A stretch of 64,000 bases of DNA from an uncultured Bacteroidota bacterium (lineage in GTDB: Bacteria; Bacteroidota; Bacteroidia; Bacteroidales; P3). Made by a program: the position numbers and the translations under genes. A model generated the notes under the pieces. The model worked only from the letters and a program-made list of their open reading frames with translations, was not told the DNA's origin and searched no databases. The number at the start of each line of letters is the position of its first letter. Position 1 is the first letter of the stretch. Below, piece after piece: positions 44,142-52,101 of this stretch. The DNA is taken from positions 3,847 through 67,846 of the forward strand of contig CACYZN010000021.1 of assembly GCA_902778925.1 (NCBI GenBank). Direction: 5' to 3'.

Positions 44142-46142
44142 ATTTATATACAAGTATAGCTTGTCGGTGCGGTTGCTGTAGCCGAGCCGCAGGTCGATGG
44201 GACCGAAAAGGGTATTGTAGCTGTAGCCAATCTGGGCTCCATAGATATCGGGCAGGTTGAACAGCTGCTCCAGTTGGTTGCTGTGTATGGCAGTGGCCAG
44301 ACGAAGCAGCAGGTAGTGGTTCTTAAGTATGCGGTACTGTGCCTGTAGCTGTAGGGCTATAAAGTGGCGCTCAATGTATTCGACGTTGCCGATACCTGCG
44401 AAGGGCATTTGTTGTTCCAGTTGGTGGCCGAACCACTCGCTCCCTATGGCGTTGAGGTAGGCTGGCGGTATGTCGTCGGTCATTACTATTCGGCCGTAAA
44501 TCATGGGCTGCAGGGTGAGGCGCTGGGCTATTGTAGCGTTGACGCGCCAGTGGGCGCTGACGTCGTTTATACCCACACCGCCGTTGTAGCCGAGCAGATT
44601 GTCGGTACGGTAGGCGTAGGATGCATGCAGGCGGGTGCCGTGTTGTGGAAAATACCAGTGGTCCTCGGTATTCACGTCGGCATCGGCGAAGTAGGCGAAG
44701 TAGTGGTCATCGGTCAGCTCTGGCACCTCGTTGCCAGCAGAGAGCAACCGTCCGTAGTAGTTGTAGTAGTCCCATCGTGCGCCGGCTTTAAGGGTGAAGT
44801 TTTTCACCTTAAAGTTGAATGGGCTGAAGTCTACGGTGTGGCGGCGATACTTTGTGTTGTAGGTGCGCAGGCCTTCGGTGTATATGTCGATGTCGTGCCG
44901 GCTATATGTGTAGCCCAGGGTGGGGGAGGTGAAGCTGCGGGGCAGCAGAGTGACCTCGGCTCCTGCCACAAGCCGACGTCCGAGGCGCAGTGTGCCCGAG
45001 AGTCCCAGAGGCAGGCGCGAGTAGATGGGTAGCTTGATGTTCATCTGCAGGGCTCCAGACTCTTCACTGTCGAAGCGGAATCCCACGCTGGCTATGGGGA
45101 TGGCCGAGATATGGCCTGTAGGGATGGCGCGACGGTAGCGTGTGGCGGTGCCGTCGGCCCCACTGTCGGGTATCGAGGTGCGCCTATTGGCAAACACGTC
45201 GGGGGTGTATTGTATCCGTGCGCTCAGTATCAGCAATTCGTCGCGGTGGCGGGCGGCCTCTTCGGCTCCACGGCGCAGCAGTGTGTCTACAGCCGAGTGG
45301 GTAAAGCTGGCGGCGCTGTAGCCGCTCACGTCGACCTGCATCAGCACATCGCTCAGCTTCAGGTTCTCCTCGAACTTGTTGCGACAGTTGATGTCTATCA
45401 GCTGGTTCATCACATCGACGGCCCCCGTGATGTTGTCGGGCTTCAGCTTTGCGTCCTGTACCGAGACGCCGATGATGATGTCGGCCCCCATTCGCCGCGC
45501 TATGTCGGCGGGGTAGTTGTTGCTCAGGCCACCGTCGACCAGAATACTGTCGCCCATGCGTATGGGTGTGAATACCCCTGGTATCGCCATCGAGGCGCGC
45601 ATGGCCTGGGTGAGGTAGCCGCTACGGAAGTCGACCTCGGTATTGGTAACTATGTCGGTGGCGACACAGGCAAAGCGTATGGGCAGACTGTCGAAGCTGA
45701 TGCTGTCGAGGTATCCGGTGCAGAGCTTGCGGAAGAGGGCCATCAGGTTGCGCCCTCGGATGAGGCCGCCTTGGTCTTTCCGCTCAGGACTGATGCCGCG
45801 TATCAGGGCGTAGGTGTTCTGCTCGCGACGCTGCTGCAGCGATAGGGAAGAGGGATCGGCGCGGTCGCTCAGCAGTGCAGTCCAGTCCTGGGCGCGCACC
45901 AGCGAGTCCAGGAAGTCGGTCGAGTAGCCTATGCTGTACAGTGCACCGATCAGGCTGCCGATGCTGGTACCGCACACTATGTCTATCGGTATGCCAGCAT
46001 CTTCGATGGCCTTCAGCGCCGAGATGTGGGCCACACCCTTGGCGCCGCCGCCGCTGAGCACCACCGCCACCGTGGGACGTTGTTGTGCAGTGGCTCCCAT
46101 ACCTATGGCCACTGCGATTAGTATACAGAGCAGTTTCTTCAT
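44124..46142 (-). CDS. Patatin-like phospholipase with C-terminal Omp85/surface-antigen-like beta-barrel
   Basis: ATG 46142 overlaps the MATE stop (ATGA). The sequence reads MKKLLCILIAVAIGMGATAQ, then VLSGGGAKG and CGTSIGSLIG (GxSxG). A C-terminal aromatic-rich barrel ends in F. Confidence 0.8.
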   Translation of the reverse strand: MKKLLCILIAVAIGMGATAQQRPTVAVVLSGGGAKGVAHISALKAIEDAGIPIDIVCGTSIGSLIGALYSIGYSTDFLDSLVRAQDWTALLSDRADPSSLSLQQRREQNTYALIRGISPERKDQGGLIRGRNLMALFRKLCTGYLDSISFDSLPIRFACVATDIVTNTEVDFRSGYLTQAMRASMAIPGVFTPIRMGDSILVDGGLSNNYPADIARRMGADIIIGVSVQDAKLKPDNITGAVDVMNQLIDINCRNKFEENLKLSDVLMQVDVSGYSAASFTHSAVDTLLRRGAEEAARHRDELLILSARIQYTPDVFANRRTSIPDSGADGTATRYRRAIPTGHISAIPIASVGFRFDSEESGALQMNIKLPIYSRLPLGLSGTLRLGRRLVAGAEVTLLPRSFTSPTLGYTYSRHDIDIYTEGLRTYNTKYRRHTVDFSPFNFKVKNFTLKAGARWDYYNYYGRLLSAGNEVPELTDDHYFAYFADADVNTEDHWYFPQHGTRLHASYAYRTDNLLGYNGGVGINDVSAHWRVNATIAQRLTLQPMIYGRIVMTDDIPPAYLNAIGSEWFGHQLEQQMPFAGIGNVEYIERHFIALQLQAQYRILKNHYLLLRLATAIHSNQLEQLFNLPDIYGAQIGYSYNTLFGPIDLRLGYSNRTDKLYLYINIGHCF

Positions 46143-47479
46143 ATAGCTTGTGAGTAAATATCCTTTCGGACCCGTAGTCCCTGCAGCAGTCCACGCAGGG
46201 TGAGGTAGACCATGAATGCCATCCACAGTATGTTGTTCCACACGTGCTCGTCGTCGGTGCCATAGTAGTATTTCAAGCCGTAGTATACCGCAAAGAAAGC
46301 GGCAGTGGCCACAAACATGGCGTTGCGCATGGTGCGGGTGGCTGTGGCGCCGATGAAGATGCCGTCGAAGAGAAATGCCGCAAAGCCGCAGACGGGTATG
46401 ACGAGCACCCAGGTCATGTAGTTTCCGGCGGCGGCAATGACGTCCTGCTGGTCGGTGAAGATATGCAGGAACTGGTTGCCGAAGGCTGCGTACAGGCCTG
46501 TGAAGACCACCGTCAGCGCCATACCCCACATGATAAGTAGGCGCACGGCGAGCTTCAGGTGCCGTTGTTGTTTGGCACCTATGTGGCGGCCCACGAGGCT
46601 CTCGCCTGCATAGGCGAAGCCGTCCATGATATAGCTGAAGAGGGTGAAGAACTGCAGCAGTAGGGCGTCGACGGCCAGTATCTGGTCGCTGATGTGGCTC
46701 GAGGCCGCAGTGATGAAGGTGAACACCCCCGAGAGGCACAGTGTGCGCAGGAAGATGTCGCCGTTCACCTTGAAGAAGCGTCGCATCTCGTCCCAGTGCA
46801 GTGCCTCCTTGAAAAGTGAAAGGTGAAAGGTGAAAGGAGAGAAGTTCTTGTCACGGCGGAGACGTCGGCGCAGGAAGAGAATGCCCAGGACAAGGCCTGT
46901 GTAGTTGGCCAGCACAGTTCCGAGGGCCACTCCGAAGATGTCCCATTTCAGCACAATTACGAAAAGCAGCGACAGAGCAATATTGACGCAGTTCAGGGCT
47001 ATGGCTATCCACATGGGTGTCTTCGAGTCCTGCATGCCTATGAACCACCCCTTGATGGCGTAGAGCCCCAGGGTGGCTGGTGCCGCCCAGATGCGCACGA
47101 AGAAGTAGGTCAGTGCGAGGCCCAGCACATTGCTGCTGCCCTCAAAGATATAGGGTACAGCCAGCGATATGGGCCATTGCAGCGCTATGAGCAGCACGGC
47201 TATGGAGAGGGCGATGGCACAGGCGCGAATCAGTATCTTCACGGCCTCGTCCCATCGTTCGGCGCCGAAAGCCTGGGCGGTGAAGCCGCTGGTGCCCATG
47301 CGCAGGAATCCGAAGTTCCAGTAGATGAGGTTGAATATCTGTGTGCCGATGGCTATGGCGCCTATGTGGTCGCTCGACAGATGTCCCACAATGGCCATGT
47401 CCACCATGCCGAGCAGCGGCACGGTGATGTTGGTCACTATGTTGGGCAACGCCAGCCCCAGTATGCGCCTATTCATCAA
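46139..47479 (-). CDS. MATE family efflux transporter
   Basis: 446 aa. The N-terminus is MMNRRILGLALPNIVTNITVPLLGMVDMAIVGHL. The topology is 12 TM helices. Confidence 0.85.
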   Translation of the reverse strand: MMNRRILGLALPNIVTNITVPLLGMVDMAIVGHLSSDHIGAIAIGTQIFNLIYWNFGFLRMGTSGFTAQAFGAERWDEAVKILIRACAIALSIAVLLIALQWPISLAVPYIFEGSSNVLGLALTYFFVRIWAAPATLGLYAIKGWFIGMQDSKTPMWIAIALNCVNIALSLLFVIVLKWDIFGVALGTVLANYTGLVLGILFLRRRLRRDKNFSPFTFHLSLFKEALHWDEMRRFFKVNGDIFLRTLCLSGVFTFITAASSHISDQILAVDALLLQFFTLFSYIMDGFAYAGESLVGRHIGAKQQRHLKLAVRLLIMWGMALTVVFTGLYAAFGNQFLHIFTDQQDVIAAAGNYMTWVLVIPVCGFAAFLFDGIFIGATATRTMRNAMFVATAAFFAVYYGLKYYYGTDDEHVWNNILWMAFMVYLTLRGLLQGLRVRKDIYSQAI

Positions 47480-48308
47480 TAGTGCACTCTTTGCTGTTCA
47501 GTACGTGTAACGACGCTTTGTCCGACACCATCGCCACCACGTGGCATTTCTCCACCTTCACCCCTTCGGGCAGCGTGTATTTGAACTGTGCCTTGCGGCA
47601 TTCACCCTTGGTTCCGGTAGCGTCGATGTCTATTCCCCACACGTCGGTGATGACGTCCCTCAGCATGTGGTTGTGCGCATAGTCCTTCTTCAGGCCTGTA
47701 GTCGAGATCTGCCAGTACACCAGCGAGTCCTCGGTCAGTGCCAGCGTCAGCGTCAGCGGCTGGTCGACATCCTGCAGAAACTCGATACCGACCTCGATGG
47801 TCACCTTGTCGCCCCTGGTGGCCTTCACGTCCAGTGCCACTGCGGCCTCGTCGGCCGTGGCGGCCTCGATGTCGGCCTCCAGGCTGTTGAACGCCGGTGC
47901 GCCCTCGTAGCTCTTGGTCCGGTCAAGCATGCCGTAGGGCAGGTTGCTCGCTCCGAAGCGCTCCACCCACTGCTCGCCGTCGTCGGTGCTCATGTCGGGG
48001 TTGCCATCGTACGGCACCCCCTGTCCACTACGCGGGTTGATGGCCATCACCACCATGCGGTCGCCCACGCGGCTGTGCATGTCGTTCAGTATGTCGTCGG
48101 CCGTGGGGCAGTTGTTGCACTGCGGACCCGTGTACTTCTCCACTATCGAGCGGTGGGTGTGGTCGGCCACCGCGGTGCCGTCGGTCCACGTGGCCACGCT
48201 GCCGCCGTAGACGGTGTACTCGCCGTTCTCGCCGGGTTCTATCTTGTCGCATGCCACCATGCTCACCAATCCCATCAGGCCCATCAAGCCTATCAGTATC
48301 TTTTTCAT
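47469..48308 (-). CDS. Omp28-related lipoprotein (thioredoxin-like fold)
   Basis: The lipobox is LVSMVAC. EKYTGPQCNNCP is a CxxC-type motif. The family name is from memory. Confidence 0.55.
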   Translation of the reverse strand: MKKILIGLMGLMGLVSMVACDKIEPGENGEYTVYGGSVATWTDGTAVADHTHRSIVEKYTGPQCNNCPTADDILNDMHSRVGDRMVVMAINPRSGQGVPYDGNPDMSTDDGEQWVERFGASNLPYGMLDRTKSYEGAPAFNSLEADIEAATADEAAVALDVKATRGDKVTIEVGIEFLQDVDQPLTLTLALTEDSLVYWQISTTGLKKDYAHNHMLRDVITDVWGIDIDATGTKGECRKAQFKYTLPEGVKVEKCHVVAMVSDKASLHVLNSKECTIDE

Positions 48309-48314
48309 AATCGT

Positions 48315-49979
48315 TTAGAAGCTAGTTGTTAAACTTACCGTCAATCCGTTGCTGGCGGGCACCATGCGGCACACACCGCCAATGCAGAGCAGGCCTTCGC
48401 GCTGCTTGCCGTAGCCCACCTGCAGGCGCGTGGCGCCCTGGGTGTAGCCCACCGAGAGGTTGTAGTAGTTGCCAATGCCGTAGTTGTAGGCGTATTGGTC
48501 GCTGGCCGAGACGAACCAGTGCGAGCCTATGTTCCACTCCACGAGGCCCATCACCCAGTCGCCGGCGCGGCGGTCGGTGTGACCCTCGGCGGGGGCGTAG
48601 CGGCTGTCGCTGCCCATCCACTCGGCCTCGAAGCGCAACGAGTGCTTCTTGTTGACCTTCCACGCCACATCGGCAATGGCCACGTGGTTGTGATACAAAT
48701 CGCGCTCATGCCCCTCGACCACCGGGTTGAACAACTGGTAGGCGTAGGTGGCGGTCAGCTTCACACTCTTGCTCAGCTTCTTGGCCACCTCGAGCGAGAG
48801 GTCGGCGTAGTAGGTCTCGCCCAGCCCCGAGGCCACGGTGTAGCCCTCGGTGCCGGCGCCGCCTATGACGGTGGTGTCCAGCCCGGCCACGAACGAGCCG
48901 TTCAGGTGCACGTCGGTGCCGTATTTTCCGCCCAGGGCGGTGCCCTTCTTTATCTTGTACATCACATCGCCCTGCAATCCCTGCTCACCCATCACCTGTG
49001 TGGCATAGGGGTACATGGTCAGGAAGGCGTACGAGTGGTTCTTCGTGATGGCGGGCAGGTAGTTGATGTAGAGCATCTCGCCGCCTTGTGTGCGCACGCT
49101 CTTGAAGCCCATGTTGTCGACCCGCTTGGCCTGCACCCCGGCGCTGAAACCGCGCTGCGAGTAGTTGAGGTTCAGCACCAAAGCATTGCCCATGCGGTAG
49201 GTGTAGTCGTTCAGTGCCGACGGGTCCTGCCCCTTCACCGCGTACTCGGCCTGCAGGCTCCAGCCCTTGTAGCCCAGGTCGGCCCGCACGGCGCCCGCAC
49301 CCACGTTCAGCGGCAGCTGCAGCCGGTACTCGGGGTCGCTGGCCGACGCTATGGTCTGGTCGCCCTCGTACTTGCTCACAAAGCCTGCCCCCAGTGTGGC
49401 ACGCACCCCGCTCTCCTGCAGCGACGGGATGAGGGTGGCCAGGTTGGCCTCGGCGTCGATGCCGCGCACTATGCCCTCGCCGTAGCTCCAGTAGAAGCGC
49501 TGCTTTCCGGCCAGCGCCTTCACCGTGATGCCGTCGACCGGCCGCAGGGTGAGGTTGAGGCCCAGCAGCGCGTTGTCCAGACCCAGGTAGCGGTCCTCGT
49601 AGGCACGCAGTATCAGACCCGAGCCGAACTGCTCGTAGAAGTTACCGGCCGTCACGCTCAGCCGACGGCCGTTGTAGGCCACGAAGTAGTTGGCCAGCCC
49701 CTGGCCCTTCCACTGTGGGTCGAAGCCCAGCATGGGGTTCTGGTACATCTCGAACCGCAGGCCCGCCGTGAAGTCGCCGTTGGTATACATTATGTCGGCA
49801 CGCGCATTCATCAGCAGCCATTCCGGCACATTGCTTGCACCTATCACCGTGTCCTCGCGGCTCATCTGGGCGTCCATCTGCACGTTGCCCGTCACATGGC
49901 CGCCGCCGATACCCTGTGCCCCTGCACCCGTCGCGACAACCACCGCAACGGCCAAAAGCATGATTTTCTTTATCTTCAT
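48315..49979 (-). CDS. Outer-membrane beta-barrel protein (DUF6029-like)
   Basis: ATG 49979 gives MKIKKIMLLAVAVVVATGAGAQ. Alternating beta-strand sequence ends in TSF. The track start 50009 lies inside the predicted promoter. Confidence 0.55.
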   Translation of the reverse strand: MKIKKIMLLAVAVVVATGAGAQGIGGGHVTGNVQMDAQMSREDTVIGASNVPEWLLMNARADIMYTNGDFTAGLRFEMYQNPMLGFDPQWKGQGLANYFVAYNGRRLSVTAGNFYEQFGSGLILRAYEDRYLGLDNALLGLNLTLRPVDGITVKALAGKQRFYWSYGEGIVRGIDAEANLATLIPSLQESGVRATLGAGFVSKYEGDQTIASASDPEYRLQLPLNVGAGAVRADLGYKGWSLQAEYAVKGQDPSALNDYTYRMGNALVLNLNYSQRGFSAGVQAKRVDNMGFKSVRTQGGEMLYINYLPAITKNHSYAFLTMYPYATQVMGEQGLQGDVMYKIKKGTALGGKYGTDVHLNGSFVAGLDTTVIGGAGTEGYTVASGLGETYYADLSLEVAKKLSKSVKLTATYAYQLFNPVVEGHERDLYHNHVAIADVAWKVNKKHSLRFEAEWMGSDSRYAPAEGHTDRRAGDWVMGLVEWNIGSHWFVSASDQYAYNYGIGNYYNLSVGYTQGATRLQVGYGKQREGLLCIGGVCRMVPASNGLTVSLTTSF

Positions 49980-50006
49980 CGTTGTAACGTTTGGTCTATT
50001 CCACTG

Positions 50007-50014
50007 CAAAAATA
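50007..50014 (-). promoter_or_regulatory. -7 box TATTTTTG for the OMP-lipoprotein-MATE-patatin operon
   Basis: Plus strand CAAAAATA lies 28 nt upstream of ATG 49979. Confidence 0.45.
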
Positions 50015-50078
50015 CACAAAAAACTCAATACATGTAATAATTCTAAGTTCTAAGTGCTAAATTCTAAGTGCTGAGTCT

Positions 50079-50162
50079 CACCTTTCACCTTTCACCTTTC
50101 ACCTTTCACCTCACACCTCTCCACTCTCCACTCTCCACTCTCCACTCTCACCTCTCCACTCC
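50079..50162. repeat. 84-nt tract of twelve 7-nt units: (CACCTTT)x4, CACCTCA, CACCTCT, (CCACTCT)x4, CACCTCT, CCACTCC
   Basis: Counted directly from the sequence. The tract is pyrimidine-only except for A and abuts palindromic copy D. Confidence 0.9.
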
Positions 50163-50174
50163 GAGCCATCCTCT

Positions 50175-50278
50175 CCGGCCGTTCTTATGTCGTTCTTATG
50201 TATATCTTATGTCGTATTTATGTTTAAAACATAAGAAATACATAAGAAATACATAAGAAGTACATAAGAACTACCGGG
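50175..50278. repeat. AT-rich palindromic element built from 11-bp units, copy D (inverted relative to copies A, C and E)
   Basis: The reverse complement reads CCGGTAGTTCTTATGTACTTCTTATGTATTTCTTATGTATTTCTTATGTTTTAAACATAAATACGACATAAGATATACATAAGAACGACATAAGAACGGCCGG. Confidence 0.9.
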
Positions 50279-50505
50279 ATAGAAAGTGGTGAAAAACCGG
50301 GGTTTTTGGGTGGAATGTTAAAATAGTGTTAAAAAAAGGTGGCTTTTAGTTAAAATTATGTTATGCTGGCCAGCTTGGCGCCCTTCAATCTTTTTACTTT
50401 TAACTTCCATTTTTTAACTTTCCCGCCCTCTTGGTGCGCAATAATTGCGGGGATGTGTCGTTACTAAAAAGTCAAAAAACAGAACGAGGAAATTATAGTT
50501 TAGCG

Positions 50506-52062
50506 ATGAAGATACACATAGTACAACACGATGTCCGCACGTTGCGGATGGAAGAGAATCTGGCTTGGATACGTGAGGAGCTGGAGTCCGAGGCCTCGCG
50601 CGAGGCGATGCTCACCGTCTTCCCGGCCTGCACGGTGTGCGGCTCGCCGCTGTTCGCCGCCGCCGGACAGCTCGACGTGCAGAAGCGTTCGCAGGAGGTG
50701 CTGCAGCAGCTGGTCGAGATGTCGGAACACCGCGCCTTTGTGGTGGGTCTGCCGCTGGCGGTGCAGGACAAGGGTCTGTGCAACGCGCTGGTGTTTGTGC
50801 AGAACGGCGCCATCAGGGCTGTGGTCACCAAGAAGTACCTGGGCGTAGACGAGCAGAAGTATTTTGTTCGTGGCGAGGGCGTGCAGGTGGTCGACTTTCT
50901 CGACGAGCGCGTCGCCATAGGCTTCTACGAGGACATGAAAGAGCTCTCGAAAGGCTTCCTGGGCCGCCCCGACGTGGTGCTGTGCTGCGGATGCCAGGTG
51001 TTCGACTACCGCAGGCCCTATCGCGTGCGCTACCGCATGACCAAGACCGTCGAGACCCTCGGCGCCAGCATGGTGTATGTGAACCGCATCGGCGGCGAGG
51101 GCAGCTACCTCTACGCAGGTGGCTCGGTGGCTATGAACGCCGCCGGCGGACTGCTGTGCCAGCTGCCTTACTTCGAGGCTGGATGTGCCACAATCGACAC
51201 GCAGCTGATCGACACCGTTGAGGACGAGCGCCCCGAGGTCGTCGAGCTGGTGTACAAGGCGTTGGTGTGCGGTTTGCGCGACTACTTCGGCAAGAACGGC
51301 ATGCGGCGCGCCGTGCTGGGCCTCAGCGGCGGCATCGACTCGGCGCTGGTGGCCACCCTGGCCGTCGACGCGCTGGGTGCCGAGAACGTGCACGGTCTGC
51401 TTATGCCGAGCGAGTATTCGACCGACCACTCGGTGAAGGACGCCGTCGACTTGGCCAACAACCTGGGCATGAGCTACGACATAGTGCCCATCAAGCCTGC
51501 TTTCGACACTCTGCGCTCCATGCTCAAGCCCGTCTTCGGCGAGCGCGCCGAGGATGTGACCGAGGAGAACATGCAGGCCCGCATACGCGGCACCCTGGTG
51601 ATGAGCTACGCCAACAAGTTCGGCGCACTGGCCCTGAACACTACCAACCGCAGCGAGGCCGCTATGGGCTACGGCACGCTGTATGGCGACTCGTGCGGGT
51701 CGCTCGGCGTGATTGCCGACCTCTATAAAACCGAGGTCTACGAACTGAGCGAATGGCTGAACCGCGACGGCGAGCGCATACCGCGCAACAGCATCGAGAA
51801 GGCACCGAGCGCCGAACTGCGCCCCGGCCAGAAGGACAGCGACTCGCTGCCCGACTACGAGGTGCTCGACGCCATACTGACCCTCTACCTCGACGAGGCT
51901 ATGTGCGAGGACGAGATAGTGGACGAGGGCTACGAGCGCGAGCTGGTGCACCAGATTCTGGCGAAGACCAACCGCAATGAGTGGAAGCGCCTGCAGTTTG
52001 CCCCGCAGCTGAAGGTAAGCCCCATGAGCTTCGGCCTGGACCGCCGCTGGCCGATATCTTGA
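50506..52062 (+). CDS. nadE: Glutamine-dependent NAD+ synthetase
   Basis: ATG 50506 gives MKIHIVQHD. An N-terminal CN-hydrolase-like domain is followed by the PP-loop LGLSGGIDSALV. Confidence 0.85.
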   Translation: MKIHIVQHDVRTLRMEENLAWIREELESEASREAMLTVFPACTVCGSPLFAAAGQLDVQKRSQEVLQQLVEMSEHRAFVVGLPLAVQDKGLCNALVFVQNGAIRAVVTKKYLGVDEQKYFVRGEGVQVVDFLDERVAIGFYEDMKELSKGFLGRPDVVLCCGCQVFDYRRPYRVRYRMTKTVETLGASMVYVNRIGGEGSYLYAGGSVAMNAAGGLLCQLPYFEAGCATIDTQLIDTVEDERPEVVELVYKALVCGLRDYFGKNGMRRAVLGLSGGIDSALVATLAVDALGAENVHGLLMPSEYSTDHSVKDAVDLANNLGMSYDIVPIKPAFDTLRSMLKPVFGERAEDVTEENMQARIRGTLVMSYANKFGALALNTTNRSEAAMGYGTLYGDSCGSLGVIADLYKTEVYELSEWLNRDGERIPRNSIEKAPSAELRPGQKDSDSLPDYEVLDAILTLYLDEAMCEDEIVDEGYERELVHQILAKTNRNEWKRLQFAPQLKVSPMSFGLDRRWPIS

Positions 52063-52100
52063 TAGTTGGTAGCCGATAGTTGGTAGTTTCAGTTTTCAGT
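52061..52100. repeat. Tandem repeats in the nadE-helicase spacer: GATAGTTGGTAG x2 (period 14) and TTTCAGT x2
   Basis: Read directly: GATAGTTGGTAGCCGATAGTTGGTAGTTTCAGTTTTCAGTTT. Confidence 0.8.
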
Positions 52101-52101
52101 T

